From the human T2T-CHM13v2.0 reference genome, Homo sapiens, in assembly GCF_009914755.1 (NCBI RefSeq), contig NC_060927.1: a stretch of DNA of 64,000 bases, one strand, 5' to 3'. How positions within the stretch are numbered: the stretch's first letter is position 1; every line of letters starts with the position of its first letter. The notes beneath the pieces were generated by a model. It searched no databases and was not told where the DNA came from. It was given only the letters and a program-made list of their open reading frames with translations. A program made the position numbers and the translations under genes. Below are positions 50,636 through 64,000 of the stretch, piece by piece.

Positions 50636-53600
50636 TTTTTAGAGATGGGACATCAATTCCAGGACCAGTATCAAGATCTCACATCATTCTCTTTCACAAA
50701 AATAGTCTGCCTTTGAATTTTTAGCTCTCGGTGATAAGTAAACTACACTTATTGTAGTTTTTTGCTTGCCTCAAATCCTTTGTAGAAGTAGGCTGGAAAA
50801 TAAATAAATAAATAGAATTTCCTCTATGAATTTGAATAGCAGAGTATGCATGTAATAGACGCTTCAATAAATTTTGCTGTAGCATGAAGACCAATCTCAT
50901 TTTCAAATGGTGAATCTTGGCTCATGTATATGTGGTACTATAATCTTACAAGTAGGGTTTGCGGTACACATCACTTTAAGGAATGCTGGTACTTTAAGTG
51001 AATTTGAATAGCAAGAGCGGTCTAAAATCAGTCACCATCACTGAGCACAGTCATTTGAAAGCCTGAAATTCACTTTTAGAAAATTCATCAGAAAAAAAGA
51101 TTCAAAAACTGGCAACGTTCACTCACAGATCAAAGACAACCTAAGTATTTAACTCATCATCATCTATGAGGATAACGACTTTTAACAGCTGTCCATGCAA
51201 GAGAAAGCAAAAAAAAAAAAAAAATAAGAAACAATGAGAGGCATTAAAGCATAAAGTCAAGAGCACTTTGGGGGCAGCCAGCCCTAGGTCAAGAAGTCCT
51301 GACTGTGTCATTTACCAGCTCTGTAGCTTTGGGCAAGTTGCCTAAACACTCTGAACTTATTCAGTCTTCCATAAAACATTTAAATAATAGTGATACCTAT
51401 CTTATTGGATTTCTATACTTAATAAACAATGAATATGATGATGACGATGATGTCTGCTTTTACTATGAGGAAAATGCATTCAGTAACAAATATAAGGAAA
51501 AAAATATAGAATAAGTAAGGAGACTCTTTAGCTATCCTTATCCACTAAGAATACCTAAGAGTTTGTAGTAACTGGCAAGGGTGTATATATAACCAGCACT
51601 GAACATATCATCCTTTTTGCTATTAGAGAGTATGCAAAAGAGGAAATATAAAGAACGGCTTTGCTTTGATCATAATCAAAGGGCGTGGGTAATCTCCTTG
51701 AGGGCAGGAACTATCTGGGTCCTATTAACCTAGCACAGACAGTATCAAGTAGCAAGCATACAGTCAAAGCACCAAATGAATGCAAGAATGCCTGGATACA
51801 CCCTGAATATGACTACAATCAAAGCCCGAAGCTCTTGGTAGGTTTCACTGGCCTCTTTCCTTATATCTAGAAGAACGTCCTACCTTCCTGGTCATAGCCA
51901 CCACTGAAATAATGAAAACAAAATAACAAAATAATATTTTAAACATACATAGCATACCAGTTCATTAAAAATAGACTAGGGAGTATTTTACATTGAGACA
52001 CTAGGGAGCATCATTACTTTGAAATGTCACTTTCTGCTTTAATTAGTATGCTCTAATGATAAGTATATGCCATTCTTATCTAATGAAAGTCTTGAATACA
52101 TACGGAATCTGGTTCACAGTCCTCGCTGGGAGGTACACGGATGTACAAAGAAGAAACAGAATGCATGTGTTGATGTCAACTAGTTTGCTTACCTTTATTA
52201 ACATAATTGCCAAAGTTTCAAGTTTTACAATTTGAGGATACATATGTTCAACACACCCAGAACACTTGGCACAGTCATCTGATCACCTTTCACATTTCTC
52301 AAGACAGCCTAAGCTGTTTTAGGGAGATGTGAAGTTTCCGGTGATTTCTTTCAAGCCGACTCTCGGGGGTATCACTCAGAACAGGACCACCTGCTTGGTG
52401 GCATCTTTTTAATAAAGACAGCAATAGGTCTGCTTGCTCACAGGGAAATTTATAAGGCTGTCTTTGCTTCCTTCCACCTATTGTGGTGCTTTATCCAAGT
52501 AGAATGTACTCAGTCTTCGGAGCTTCAAAGACACTGATAATGGACTTCTTTTCAAAGAGAAGTCTTAGTCATCCGCTCCTTTCATTCAACAGTCAGAATA
52601 AGAAAGGCCCAGAGGGATACAGACAAATACCTCTGAGCTGCCTGTTGTGGCAATATCAGATAAAGAAATTCTGTAGCCCAGAGAGATATTTGATCCGTTC
52701 ATTTGAAAGTCAATACTAAACATCCTTCCCAGCCACTCCACCCAAGCAATGAGAATGTGTCTCAGAAACAGGACACAGAAACTATCTCTTACGATGTAGC
52801 TTCCACTTCTTTTTTCTAGCCTGAGTGGGTTGGGTTGAGGAAGGAGAGAAAGAAAGAAATCAAGAACCAATGTTCTCTGCTTTGTGTTTCCCTGATTCAG
52901 TGAAAAACGGAGGTCATTTATAGCTTCTTCAATTGGCTGACCCAGAGGAGGCTCCAGCTTTCTCAGGATTGTAATGGCAATGACATTTCTCAAAATCAGT
53001 TACCAAGTTCGTACCAGTTCCCAGCAATAGAATACTTGGTTACTCAGGGCTTCTTTCTTTGGGAAATCTGCATCACCGGGATGACTGCAGTTCACCCAGG
53101 CCCTACAATGGGTTCTCATTTACTACTCAAGTTTCATGCAGATCATCTCATTCACACAAGCCTACAGGACCAATCTGCCTCCCAGAGCCATGGCTCTGCA
53201 CCTTCACAATTGCAAAGCAATTTCTCAGGGGGAGTCAAAGCTTCACTTGCTTTTTACAGAAATGGCTCATGGAGATATTATCTTAAAATGCTTTCTCTTA
53301 AAAAAAATTTTTTTTTTATCTGAGAATTGCATGCTGTGCTGAAATAGGATGGTGGTGGGTTCTGATTATATCTTTTTTCCAATTTTGGTTTCACTCTTAA
53401 GTATAGAAAATATCAGGTTGCTCTCTCCTCTGATTCCCTTTTCTCCCAGGGACTAAAACTTTAGTCTGCTGAGTCAAAAGTAAGCTTTGGTATTAAATTC
53501 CATCTTTTATCTTTTTTCTCCCAATATCTAAGAACAATGTGATTATGCATCATTTTGTACTACAGAAGTGCTGCTGAGAACTGCATGCAAAATAAATCAA

Positions 53601-54755
53601 GTCAATGATGTATTTGAATGTGACTCTAATCACTGAGGTGGGAAAAAGATACCAGGGTTCTACTTTAGACTGCTAACCTGCTGTGATCACCTTACCTCCT
53701 CTTTTAAATGAGTGGGCTGGAAGTGCTCCAGCTCATGTCTAAAATTTAGTGTGCTTCGCTACCTCATGGCATAACAATAGGATGGAAAACCATGCAACCA
53801 TTAAAAGTGATCATTACAAAAATGACATAGAAAAAGAAAAAATAATTGTTATAATATTTAATAAAAAATTATTCCACAAATTATCTGTACATTAACATTT
53901 TTCATTAGGACCTCTTAAGCCATGCCATTATCAAAAGGGGCAATTCAAACATATCAAGAGTATCTGTTAATATTTAAAATTAGGCTGTTAGCCTGTAATG
54001 AACATATTTTAGGGGAAAAGCTAGAAGTCTGACACATAGAAAGAAAGAAAGGGAAAATATTAACCTACAAAATCCTTTAAAAAGGTAGACTTAAAGCTTT
54101 TTTTCACTATCTTAGTGAAGATCGTTAATATGTACCTTACAGTGTATTTTAAAATTGTGTTTCTTTACCAGGGAATTTTTTTTTATCTTTAGTAAATTTC
54201 AGATTTGTTTCTTACCTGCATGGAATGTTACCCTTCCCTTACCACAATATGACAAAATTAATAATAGCCTTACAAATTGTGAAGATACAAGTTTGAGGGA
54301 AAAGATACCAACTGCTTTTTAAATTACAATAATACATGATATCACCATTTCATTTTATTTAAAAGAAATGTTTTACAACAGAAATCATCCAACCAATTAA
54401 CAGGGAAAAATAAGATGGTGACATAATCCTTAGGAAGGATTACTGGGAAAGAAAAAAACAGTCATGAGTACAACTTGGTATAAGTTTCTAATGTTTATGT
54501 ATAGTGTATGTTTATATGTATGTATAATACATTATAATATACATAGCATATAATATTTAGAGTGCATGCATATTATGTGTTTTGTGTTACGTGATTGTTT
54601 TTGAGAGATAGTTGCTTACACTATTGGAAAACCACTGGTCATTTGGCATTTCTAAACAGTTATGGTGCTGCAGAGGAAAGCTTTTGACCAGCCTTTGACT
54701 AGCCTTGGTCTTGTCGTTATTTAGCATTCAGATGTGTCAAGAAAATTAATACCTA

Positions 54756-55166
<411 letters not shown>

Positions 55167-55211
55167 CTAACATAATAAATGAATTACCTTTACTATTCTA
55201 TTGCCAATGTG

Positions 55212-57098
55212 CTTTTTTATAGCTTTATTTAGATACATTTACAAACCATAAAATTCACCCATTTAAACTGTACGATTCATTCATTTTTAGTATATTCAGA
55301 GTTGTGCAACCAAGAACACAATCAATTTTATAACATTTCCTCATCCCAAAAAGAAAGCCCATGTGCATTAGCAGTCACTCCAATTTCCCCGCTACCCCTG
55401 CAGCCCTATTAATCCACTAATCTACTATGCATATGGATTTGTCTCTGTTGGAAATGTCACATAAATGGAATCATACAGTATGTGTCCTTTTGCGACTAGC
55501 TTCTTTCACTTAACATAATGTTTTCAAGGTTCATTCACATTGTAGCATGTTTCAGCACTTCATTACTAATTATGGCCAAGTAACATTCCATTATAGGAAT
55601 ATGCCATTTTTGTTTATCCATTCATTGTAGATAGATATTTGAACTGTTTCCACTTTTTGGCAATTATGAATAATGCTACTATGAACATTCATGTACAAGT
55701 TTTTGTGTGGATATGTTTTTAATTCTCTTGGGTACATACCTAGGAAGGTATAGAATTGCTGGGTTATATGGTAACTCTATATTTAACATTTTGAAGAACT
55801 GTCAAACTTTTTCCCCAAGTGGTTGCACCATCCTACAATCCCACCAAAACATATGAGGGTTTTAATTTCTCCTTATCCTCACCAACGCTTGTTATTGTCT
55901 TTTCTATTTTAGCCATTCTAGTGTGCATGAAGTGGTATCTCACTGTGGTTTTGGTTTGATCTAATTTGACTTCCCTAGTAATGAGTGATACTAAGCATCT
56001 CTTCGTGTGCTATTAACCATTTGTATATCTTCTTTGGGAAAATGCCTATTCAGATACTTTGCACATTTTTAAATTGTGTTATTTGTTGTTTTACAGTTGA
56101 GTTGCAGAAGTTCTTAATATAGTCTAGATACTAGTCCATCAACAGATGCAAAATTTTCTCCCATCTTTGGGTATATCTTTTTACTTTTGTGATGGTGTCA
56201 TTTGACACACAAAAGTTTTAAGTTTTAACAAAGTCTAAATTATCTATTTTTTAAATTTTGTCACCTGTGCTTTTGGTATTGTATCTAAGAAACCTAACTC
56301 AAGATGACAAAGATTAATTCATATGGTTTTGCCAAGGGATTTTATACTGTTACCTTTTAAATTTAGGTCTATGATCCATATTGAGCTAATTGTTGTGTAT
56401 GGTGTGAGGTACAAGTCCTAATTCATTCTTTGCATGTAGACATCCCCAGTTGTCCTAACAACATTTATTGAAAAGACTAATATTTCTCCTATTGAATTGT
56501 CTTGGTTCTTTAGTTAAAAATCAATTGACCATAAATGCGAGGGTTTATGTCTATTCTATTGATCTACCTTTTTTGTTAGTACCACACAGCCTTAATTGCT
56601 ATAGCTTTGTAGTAAGTTTTGAAACTAGTAAGTGTGAGTCTTCAAACTTCTTTCTTCTTTTTCAAGATTGTTTTGGCTATTCTGGATATTTGCAGTTCCA
56701 CATGCAATTTAGGATCAGCTTGTCACTTTCTGGGGAAAAAAATAAAAAAACAGCTGGGATTTTTAAAGGGATTCCATTAAATACATAGATCATTTTGGCC
56801 AGTATTGCAATCTTAAAAATGTTAAGTTTTCTGATCCAATAACATGGCATATCTTTCCATTTATTTATTCTTTAATATCTTTCAACTACTTTCTAGTTTT
56901 CACATCTTATACTTCTGTTAAGTTTATTCTTAGATATTTTATTTTTTGGCTGCTATTATAAATAAGATTATTTTCTTAATCTCTTTTCCAGACTGTTCAT
57001 TGCTAGTATATAGAAATAAGATTTATTTTTGTATATTGATCTTGTATCTTGCCACATTGCTGAACTCGTTTAGTAGTTCCAATAGTTTTTTAGTGAAT
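55212..57098 (-). mobile_element. L1MB (MB7/8-like), about 1.9 kb, 5'-truncated, TSD still visible
   Basis: Old L1 3'UTR plus ORF2 C-terminal text; TSD TTGCCA(A/G)TG(TG/CA)CTTTT at 55201-55216 and 57099-57114. Confidence 0.88.
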
Positions 57099-59394
57099 TT
57101 GCCAGTGCACTTTTAACTTAAACTTTTAAATTATTTTGTCCCCATCATACTTATAAACATCAGTGTATGCTACTACTGTACCACAATTATCCACAATATT
57201 GAGCAATTAAATCCTGTCTGCCCTAAGCTCTCATTCAGTCCCTTCAATTAACCCTTCAGGCTGATGATCACTCTCCACAGGAAAGGAGAAAGCACGACAT
57301 AAAACAAATTACTTCTTTCTTAATCCTTTCTATTTCTAGTGGTTAGTAAAACCATACAGAGTAGTAAAATGAAACATATGCTGAGCTACTGAAACTCTTC
57401 TGCCTAGCATTACCTTGCTAAAATGAAATCAAGCAAAATGGAACCAAAAGTGGATTTTGACATTTCATATTTTGCTGAATACTGTTAGGGCTCTGGCAAT
57501 CACTGTCTCTTACATACAAATTAACAGCCTACCATCTGTCAAGTGTTGGGATAATCACAGGGTTTAGTGCACAATATGGTTATTAGAATATGACCTGACA
57601 AAAAGGAAAAGAACACAACCTAATTTGGACTATAAAATCTATGATCTCACTTGCAAACGACAGTTTGACAAGCTATTATTCTGCATTTTGGCTTCTACAG
57701 TAAAAGCAGTTTTATGCATACGTAATTCTGTTATACAGGCAACAGCCCATAGAAGATTGCTTTAAACTACAGAATCTGCTTGGTCATACAATATTTTTTA
57801 ACTAATTCTTAGACAAATATTTGCACCATGAATAAGTAGGAATGTAATGATCTGAGCCTTCACATTTCCAAGTGAAGCACCAATCATTAGGCAAAAAATG
57901 TCTTTGTGATATTGCTGCCAGCAGTTCCATAGAATTCCTCAGGGTATATGCAAAGAAACTACTGTAGGAACTTATTAAAACTATTCACATGGACATACAT
58001 CAAAGTCAAAAAGTTGACAGTTTTGAAAAGTGTAATATATGAAACACTTTGGTGTGGAATTTACTTCATCCCCAACAGTGACATCTGCTAATGAGCATCA
58101 TTAATATTGCCCACTTTTATTTATCCAAATGCCTCATGGGTGATATCTTTATGTACATTCCTCTGTAGCACCTTTTGTTTCCACCCAGTGGAAATAAATC
58201 CCATACTGATAGCTGCCTCTAATAAAGATGCTTCCAACAAAACTCTTCTGGTTACAGAGAGAACACAGAGTACCAAGTTCTTTTTGTTGTTGTTTTCTAC
58301 CTCTCAAAACAGTGCAGAAATGAGTATTGTTCCTGAAGGTTATTTAAGGGTACACCCAGTGTGTCTAAAATACATGCCTAAGACAGAAATGTATTAATTA
58401 AGTCTCAAGGCAAAACGTTCTGTTGAGGCGACAAAACAAAACAGATTTTTAATATTAGCAGTTATATTACCTAGGGAGCTTAGGCGAGATAATAACTATA
58501 TAATACATTAGGCAACTCACACTGCAAATTATGTTGCTTTGTTTTAGACTACACGTTTTTCCATTATTTTCATACTTGTTTCCTTTGACGGTAGAAAAAA
58601 ATGATGTATTTTTCTGTCATGTTGGCTCACTATAAGGTGAGTCAGAGTGCCAAGGTTCTTCTGCAAGGAATCTTGGGATCCAATTTTAATATGCTGCAAT
58701 ATGAATTTTAAGAACAGTGTGTGATGAATTGTCAGGCTGCATGATATCCCCAAATTTCCCAGTATTGAGACCTTCATGGCTATTCCCCGAAGATAACAAA
58801 AAAAATTCGATCAAGATTTATAGAAGACTTATAAATGTATGAAAATATAAAAAAATAATAGTTACATCCATGGGTTTAAAATGATTCCCCTACAGTGGCA
58901 ACCCTGTATGAAAATACAATATGAGATCAGGGAGCAGAAAAATAAATGAAGTAAAGATTTAGGGAGAATCATGGCAACTTATTCATTTACAGGAAAGCCA
59001 GTTCCTTTTTCACCCTTGGAAAAAACTACAAACAAATTCCAAGTTCTTTCTAGCTACAATTGACATTATCATTTGGCCAGTATATTCATGATAAATGTTC
59101 TAATGTGAAGGCGATCCATCATAAATGTAATTTCAAAAATGAACTTCTTATTTTAACTTCAGAAAGAATTATTCTAGGATTCAAAAGTCCAGTTAAATAC
59201 ATATAGAAAGAAGGATAGAAGGGAGAAAAGTTTAAAAAAAAAAACAAAAAACTATGCCCAGACAAAAGACTGGAAGAAAGTTATTTATGTGATGAGACTA
59301 TCGATGATTTATTTTCTTTTAATTTTTATTAATGTTCGAAACAAACACACATCATCTTTTAATGAAAAAGAAATTCTATATGAATTATTTTCTC

Positions 59395-59915
59395 TCTATG
59401 GTATATTTAGAGGGATAACTTATATATAGTAAAATACACAAATCTTAAGTATATGGCTCCATGGCATTTCATATGTATAAACCCAAGAATCTTCCACCTA
59501 AAACAAAGTATGCAGTTATTTCCAGAAAATTACCTCCTGATCCTTTCTAGCAATAGTCTCCTAGCTCCCTATTTTTCTGGCTTCTAGTATCATTGATTCC
59601 TTTTGTCAGCTATTGAATTTTACACAAATGGAAGCATACAGTATGCATTCTTTTGTTTGTGGCTTCTTTTGGCAACATAATGCTTTCAAGATGCATCCAT
59701 ATTGTATATATTTGTTGTTTGTTCCTTTTTGTTGGTGAGTACCACCTCATTGTATGACTATGTCACAATTTGTTTACAATGATGTCTAAGGATAGACATT
59801 TGGATTTTCTCAAGTGCTTGGCTATTATAAATAAAACTTCCATGAACATTCTTGTATATGTCTTTTTCATGAGCATATGCAATAATTTCTCTTGAATTAA
59901 TACAAGGGAAAATAT
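59395..59915 (-). mobile_element. L1ME/L1MC-like 3' fragment
   Basis: AAAATACACAAATCTTAAGTATA...AAATGGAAGCATACAGTATG...GAACATTCTTGTATATGTC. Confidence 0.75.
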
Positions 59916-60506
59916 ACGACATACAGTTTTTAACTTTAAGGCAAGGTCTAATATTTCCTTTTATGGTTATTTTATTTTAACAGTATATTTAAAAATTCAT
60001 AACTTATTGGTTTCAATCTAAGGAAAATGTAATGAACAAAATTCAGAGCATAAATTTGTAAAATCTCATACTCCTAGATGAAGAGTTCAAAAGAAGAGAA
60101 AGAAGTTATATGCCCCAGTGGGGACTGCTTCTTCTGGATCTTCATGCCACAATGGAAAGATTCTCAAAGGCATAAAGTTTTCCATAGAAACACTCTCAAT
60201 CTGTTAGTTTTAACAATTAAAACTTACGTTTAACTGAAAGTATAGTAGAGAAAGAAAACTAATTGATGAAACTAAAAGTAAACCTCTCAAATAATTAAGA
60301 GGCAAATATTTCAGGGCTGAAAGGTCATCACCAGTCACAGAAAACATTCAGAGAAGTGAGAAACCATTGAAATTGGACCAGTGGATGGCAGAGTAATAGA
60401 TGGTATTTCCATGACATCTACCCCATGCCAGGGGAAAAGAAGAGAAGGGTTTACTTTGGGTACAATGACAAGGACAACCTTCTGATATGTTGCTAAGGAT
60501 CATGCC

Positions 60507-61154
60507 TAGGGTGACTATAAATAATTTATTATCCAAAATGAGACACTTCTGAGACTGAAGCAGGGTAATAAAATTAAATAAAAGTAATAAATAAAAATTA
60601 ATAAGTTTAATAAATAAAAATTGTTTTATTTATATTATTAAAAATAATTTAATTTTTTAAATATCCACCTGTTGACTGAAAAATTGGTTTTATTTTACTG
60701 GTTGACAGTTGAAATACAGTCCTATTCTAAAATGATTTCCCAAAGTAAAATTATTTTTATTTTTAAAAAATGCTTAACTGGGCCAGGTGCCATGACTCAC
60801 ACCTGTAATCCCATCATTTTGGGAGGCACAGATGGGAGGATGGCTTGAGCCCAGGAGTTTGAGACCAGCCTCAGCAACATAGTGAGATCCAGTCTCTACA
60901 AAAAATACAAAAATATTAGCCATATGTGGTGGTGCGCACCTGTAGCCTCAGCTACTCGGGAGGCTGATGGGGGAGGATTGCTTGAGCCCAGGAGTTAGAG
61001 GCTGCAATGGGCCATGATTGTGCCACTGCACTGCAGCCTGAGACCCTATCTCAAAAAAATGTATATATAAAAAAATGCTAAACTGGACAAGATGCAGAGA
61101 AAACTGGTAAAAACTAGGGCTATCCTGAGCAAACTCAGATGCATGGGTACACTA
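60507..61154. mobile_element. MER94/BLACKJACK-like hAT fossil, interrupted by AluJ
   Basis: TAGGGTGACTATAAATAATTTATTATCCAAAATGAGACAC...CTGAGCAAACTCAGATGCATGGGTACACTA. Confidence 0.65.
60781..61060 (+). mobile_element. AluJ with TSD
   Basis: J-type GAGCCCAGGAG in both arms; TSD AAAAAATGCT(T/A)AACTG. Confidence 0.93.
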
Positions 61155-61521
61155 GTCAAGTGTCACCTCCAACCCTCTCCAGTTAATTTACCAAGGTACC
61201 TATAAATGGAGCCTAAGGCACTGCCCCTGTCCTTTTCTTCATTCAACAAGTAATTGTTGAAAATCTTCCATATGTTTGGCACTGTCCCAGGCAGAGAGAT
61301 ATAATGATAAATGAGTCCAACTTTCCTTGGACTCATGGAACCTTCAAACTGTCAGAGAAGACAGCCAAAGAACAAGTTACTAAAAGTGTGCTAAATGTGA
61401 AGGAAGATACAGAGCCCACTGAGAGGCTTTTACATGGTAGTGATCAATGGGGTTTGTATTGTCCCCTAGAGAGATTTTTTTTTGGAAATGTGAGGAGCGG
61501 TGGGGAGCTCTCTATGTTCCT

Positions 61522-61655
61522 TCTTTTTTAAGAGATGGAGTCTCCCTATATTGCCCAGGCTGGTCTGGTCTCCACCTCCTCTTGAGCTCAAGTGATCCTC
61601 CCACCTCAGCCTCCCAAAGTGCTAGGATTACAGGTGTGAGCCACCATGCCCAGCC
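61522..61655 (-). mobile_element. FLAM / Alu left monomer
   Basis: Single arm ending CCATGCCCAGCC with short T tail. Confidence 0.85.
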
Positions 61656-62757
61656 ATTTAACTCATATTTTCTGAGGGGCAACAAGGCCACCAAATGTTC
61701 TTATGTAGGACAGGCCCACATGATGAAAAATGATCCTGTATCCCTCATAACTTTCAAATGTTCCACCAGACATTCACTTAGGTAAAGAAAAAAAATATTA
61801 TTGTCTATTTTACATAATAGCTTAAAGTATCTTTTGCACATTTTAATTTTCACTGAATTTTTCAGAAATGCAACTAGCATTTAAACTGAAGGAATAATGT
61901 ATTTTGTTTTGTTCAACACTTTACCAGTTGTTCACTATTTCAGAAAATCCCACCACCGACAGCAATGGGGCTTTTGGTACCCAGTCTACCAATATAACAC
62001 AACTGTATTAGTTTGCATTCTTATCTGTCAAATGCAAATACGTAAGAGAGAAATAGGCCTAGCACCAAATATTATTAAATTGGCCATGGGACATGAAAGT
62101 CAAGGATACCACCAAATTGCATTCATGGAAAGCATTTTTTTTATATTTCATTTTACTGCCACAGTACATACCTTTAAAAAAAATCTGTAGCACAATGATG
62201 AGAAATCTACACTGTGAAAATTACTGATTAAAATTATTTACTTACTTTGGATTTGCTTCTTGTTTCTCAGTCTTACAGTGAAACTGTCCCTAGAGGTCTC
62301 CCACACAACTTCTTTATGGCTTCTTATATTACTGCTTCTTTTTCCAATCCATTCCCTATTCCCTGTGGCCTACCGAAGTGCTTTTTAAGAACTAGAGACC
62401 AAATGTATGCATCAACATAAGACATGATTTCAAGATGAGAGGTATTCTTCCTGTGATTCTTCAACACCACTCAGTCCCTTTTCATAATATAGGGAATGAC
62501 TCTGCAGCTACCCTTTTAAGTAAGTCCCACTCATTTCCAGGAATGGCATACTTGCCTATGTTCTCTACCTCAAAACTGCATTATTTATCTTAGCATGTTA
62601 GCTCTACTTCAACTAAGGTTATTTCCCTCTTTTTCTCATCATGTATATTACTATTAATATGTATCCAAAGGTTAGCTTTTATTCTAGTATCCCTCAAACC
62701 TCTCATCTTTCATTTCTTGTACTCATTTCACAGAATGGCTTGTGATATTCTTTTCTT

Positions 62758-63067
62758 TTCTTTTTTTTTTTTTTTTGAGATGGAGTCTCACTCTGCCACC
62801 CAGGCTGGAGTGCAGTGACGTGATCTTGGCTCATTGCAACCTCTCCCTCCTGGGTTCAAGTGATTCTCCTGCTTTAGCCATAGCTGGGATTACAGGCACA
62901 TGCGGCCAAGCTTGGCTGATTTTTGTATTTTCAGTAGAGACGGGTTTTCACCATGTTGGCCAGGCTGGTCTCGAGCTCCTGAGCTCAACTGTGAGGAGAA
63001 AATAAAACCCGCCCACCTAGGCCTCCCAAAGTACTGGGATTATAGGCATAAACCACCACTCTCGGCC
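62758..63067 (-). mobile_element. Alu (S/J) with 19-nt foreign insert and 15-bp TSD
   Basis: TSD TGATATTCTTTTCTT at 62743-62757 and 63068-63082. Confidence 0.93.
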
Positions 63068-63329
63068 TGATATTCTTTTCTTAAATCCAATTTCACTCAT
63101 ATCAAGTAGATATAAGCATTTGATTAATTCATTATGTCTTCAAGTAGAGTTGTGCCCAAGCCTTTACATTGGAATACTTAGCTTATTGTAAGCCACTTCC
63201 CTTTTCTTTCTTCTTTATATTGTAGTTAACCATCATACCATTTTTTTAAGTATATGGGTGGGTAGGTAATTTCTATAAAGTTCAAAAGAGGGCAGTTAAT
63301 CTGATAGGATTAAACAGTTGACTGGAATC

Positions 63330-64000
63330 TAATTTGGGGCAGAGACTCTTTAGGCTGAAACTTAACGAATGGGTAAGAGTTAGCTAAGTGAAGGGAAAGT
63401 AGATCAGGGAGATAGAAAAAGAGGCCAAACCCTTGAAGGCAGAAGAATCCTCAGAGATAACAGAGCAGAGAGCTTCAGCTAGAGAACTGGTTGCCAAAAA
63501 GTGGTAAGTGAACCCCTGGAAGCACACAGCTGAACTTTTGCTGATAAAAAGGCTAACTTTTTAATTTTAATAGATTCAAGTGTTTTGAAATACATATTAG
63601 AAGAACAGTAGTTTCCATTTAAGGTGGCAAAACAATTTCCTTGTACAATTAACTTAAATATTAGCAAAAATAAGCTTTTTTTAATAGTAAGTGTTGGTAC
63701 AAATAGGACATGAATATGGTAAATACATGGCTTCTGAATGACTGAAGTTGGGGTGCTCTGACCTATTAGCATGGAGGTTGGAGAAAGAGGTAGAGCTAGA
63801 GATGAGATGAGAAAGCAAGGGCTTGGTCAGGCAAAGTCCTACAAACCACTGTAATTATTCAGGTCTTTGTCTTAAAAGCAATGAAAAGCCACGAAAGGAC
63901 TTCAAACAGAGGAATGAGAAGATCATAGCTGTGTTTTATAAGATCAGTATGGCATCTAATGAGAAATGGATTGGAGGTAGGAAAGATGGCTGTGGGTAGA
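63330..64000 (-). mobile_element. L2 fragments
   Basis: AAAAGCAATGAAAAGCCACGAAAGGACTTCAAACAG...GAGAAATGGATTGGAG. Confidence 0.6.

Noticed and set aside
52586-52993. 135 aa ORF with a protein-like N-terminus (RKLEPPLGQPIEEAINDLRF)
   Set aside because: TTG start, no family I recognise, no flanking splice sites, poly(A) or TSD; a BLASTP/PhyloCSF hit would be needed
58548-58636. 89-nt plus-strand exon (GTTTTAG ... AAG|GTGAGT)
   Set aside because: Body is T-rich and intron-like and not frame-preserving; typical pseudo-exon

Overview
AT-rich primate (most likely human/great-ape) non-coding genomic DNA, either intergenic or deep intronic. I recognise no protein-coding gene, CpG island, structural RNA gene, NUMT or CRISPR array. 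Roughly half or more of the window is interspersed repeats: 12 Alu/FLAM, several L1s (L1PA4-7, L1PA13-like, L1MA/MB/ME), many MIR and L2 relics, solo LTRs (MER57, LTR47, MLT2, THE1, LTR16, MLT1) and DNA transposon fossils (MER20, MER44, MER63 x2, MER94-like, Charlie-like). The only ORFs with recognisable protein similarity are broken L1 ORF1/ORF2 pieces. I found no evidence of a new biological system. The most notable features are rearrangement scars: a young/old L1 chimera joined at the ORF2 start, an orphan L1 promoter fused to an inverted L1, a TSD-flanked L1 with an in-frame loss of the whole RT domain, two MER63 copies sharing private variants, and template-switch scars in Alus and an LTR. 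There is also a canonical-looking 15-nt microexon candidate and several motif-dense candidate enhancers. Subfamily calls are from recalled consensus sequences and boundaries are read by eye; they need RepeatMasker/Dfam confirmation.
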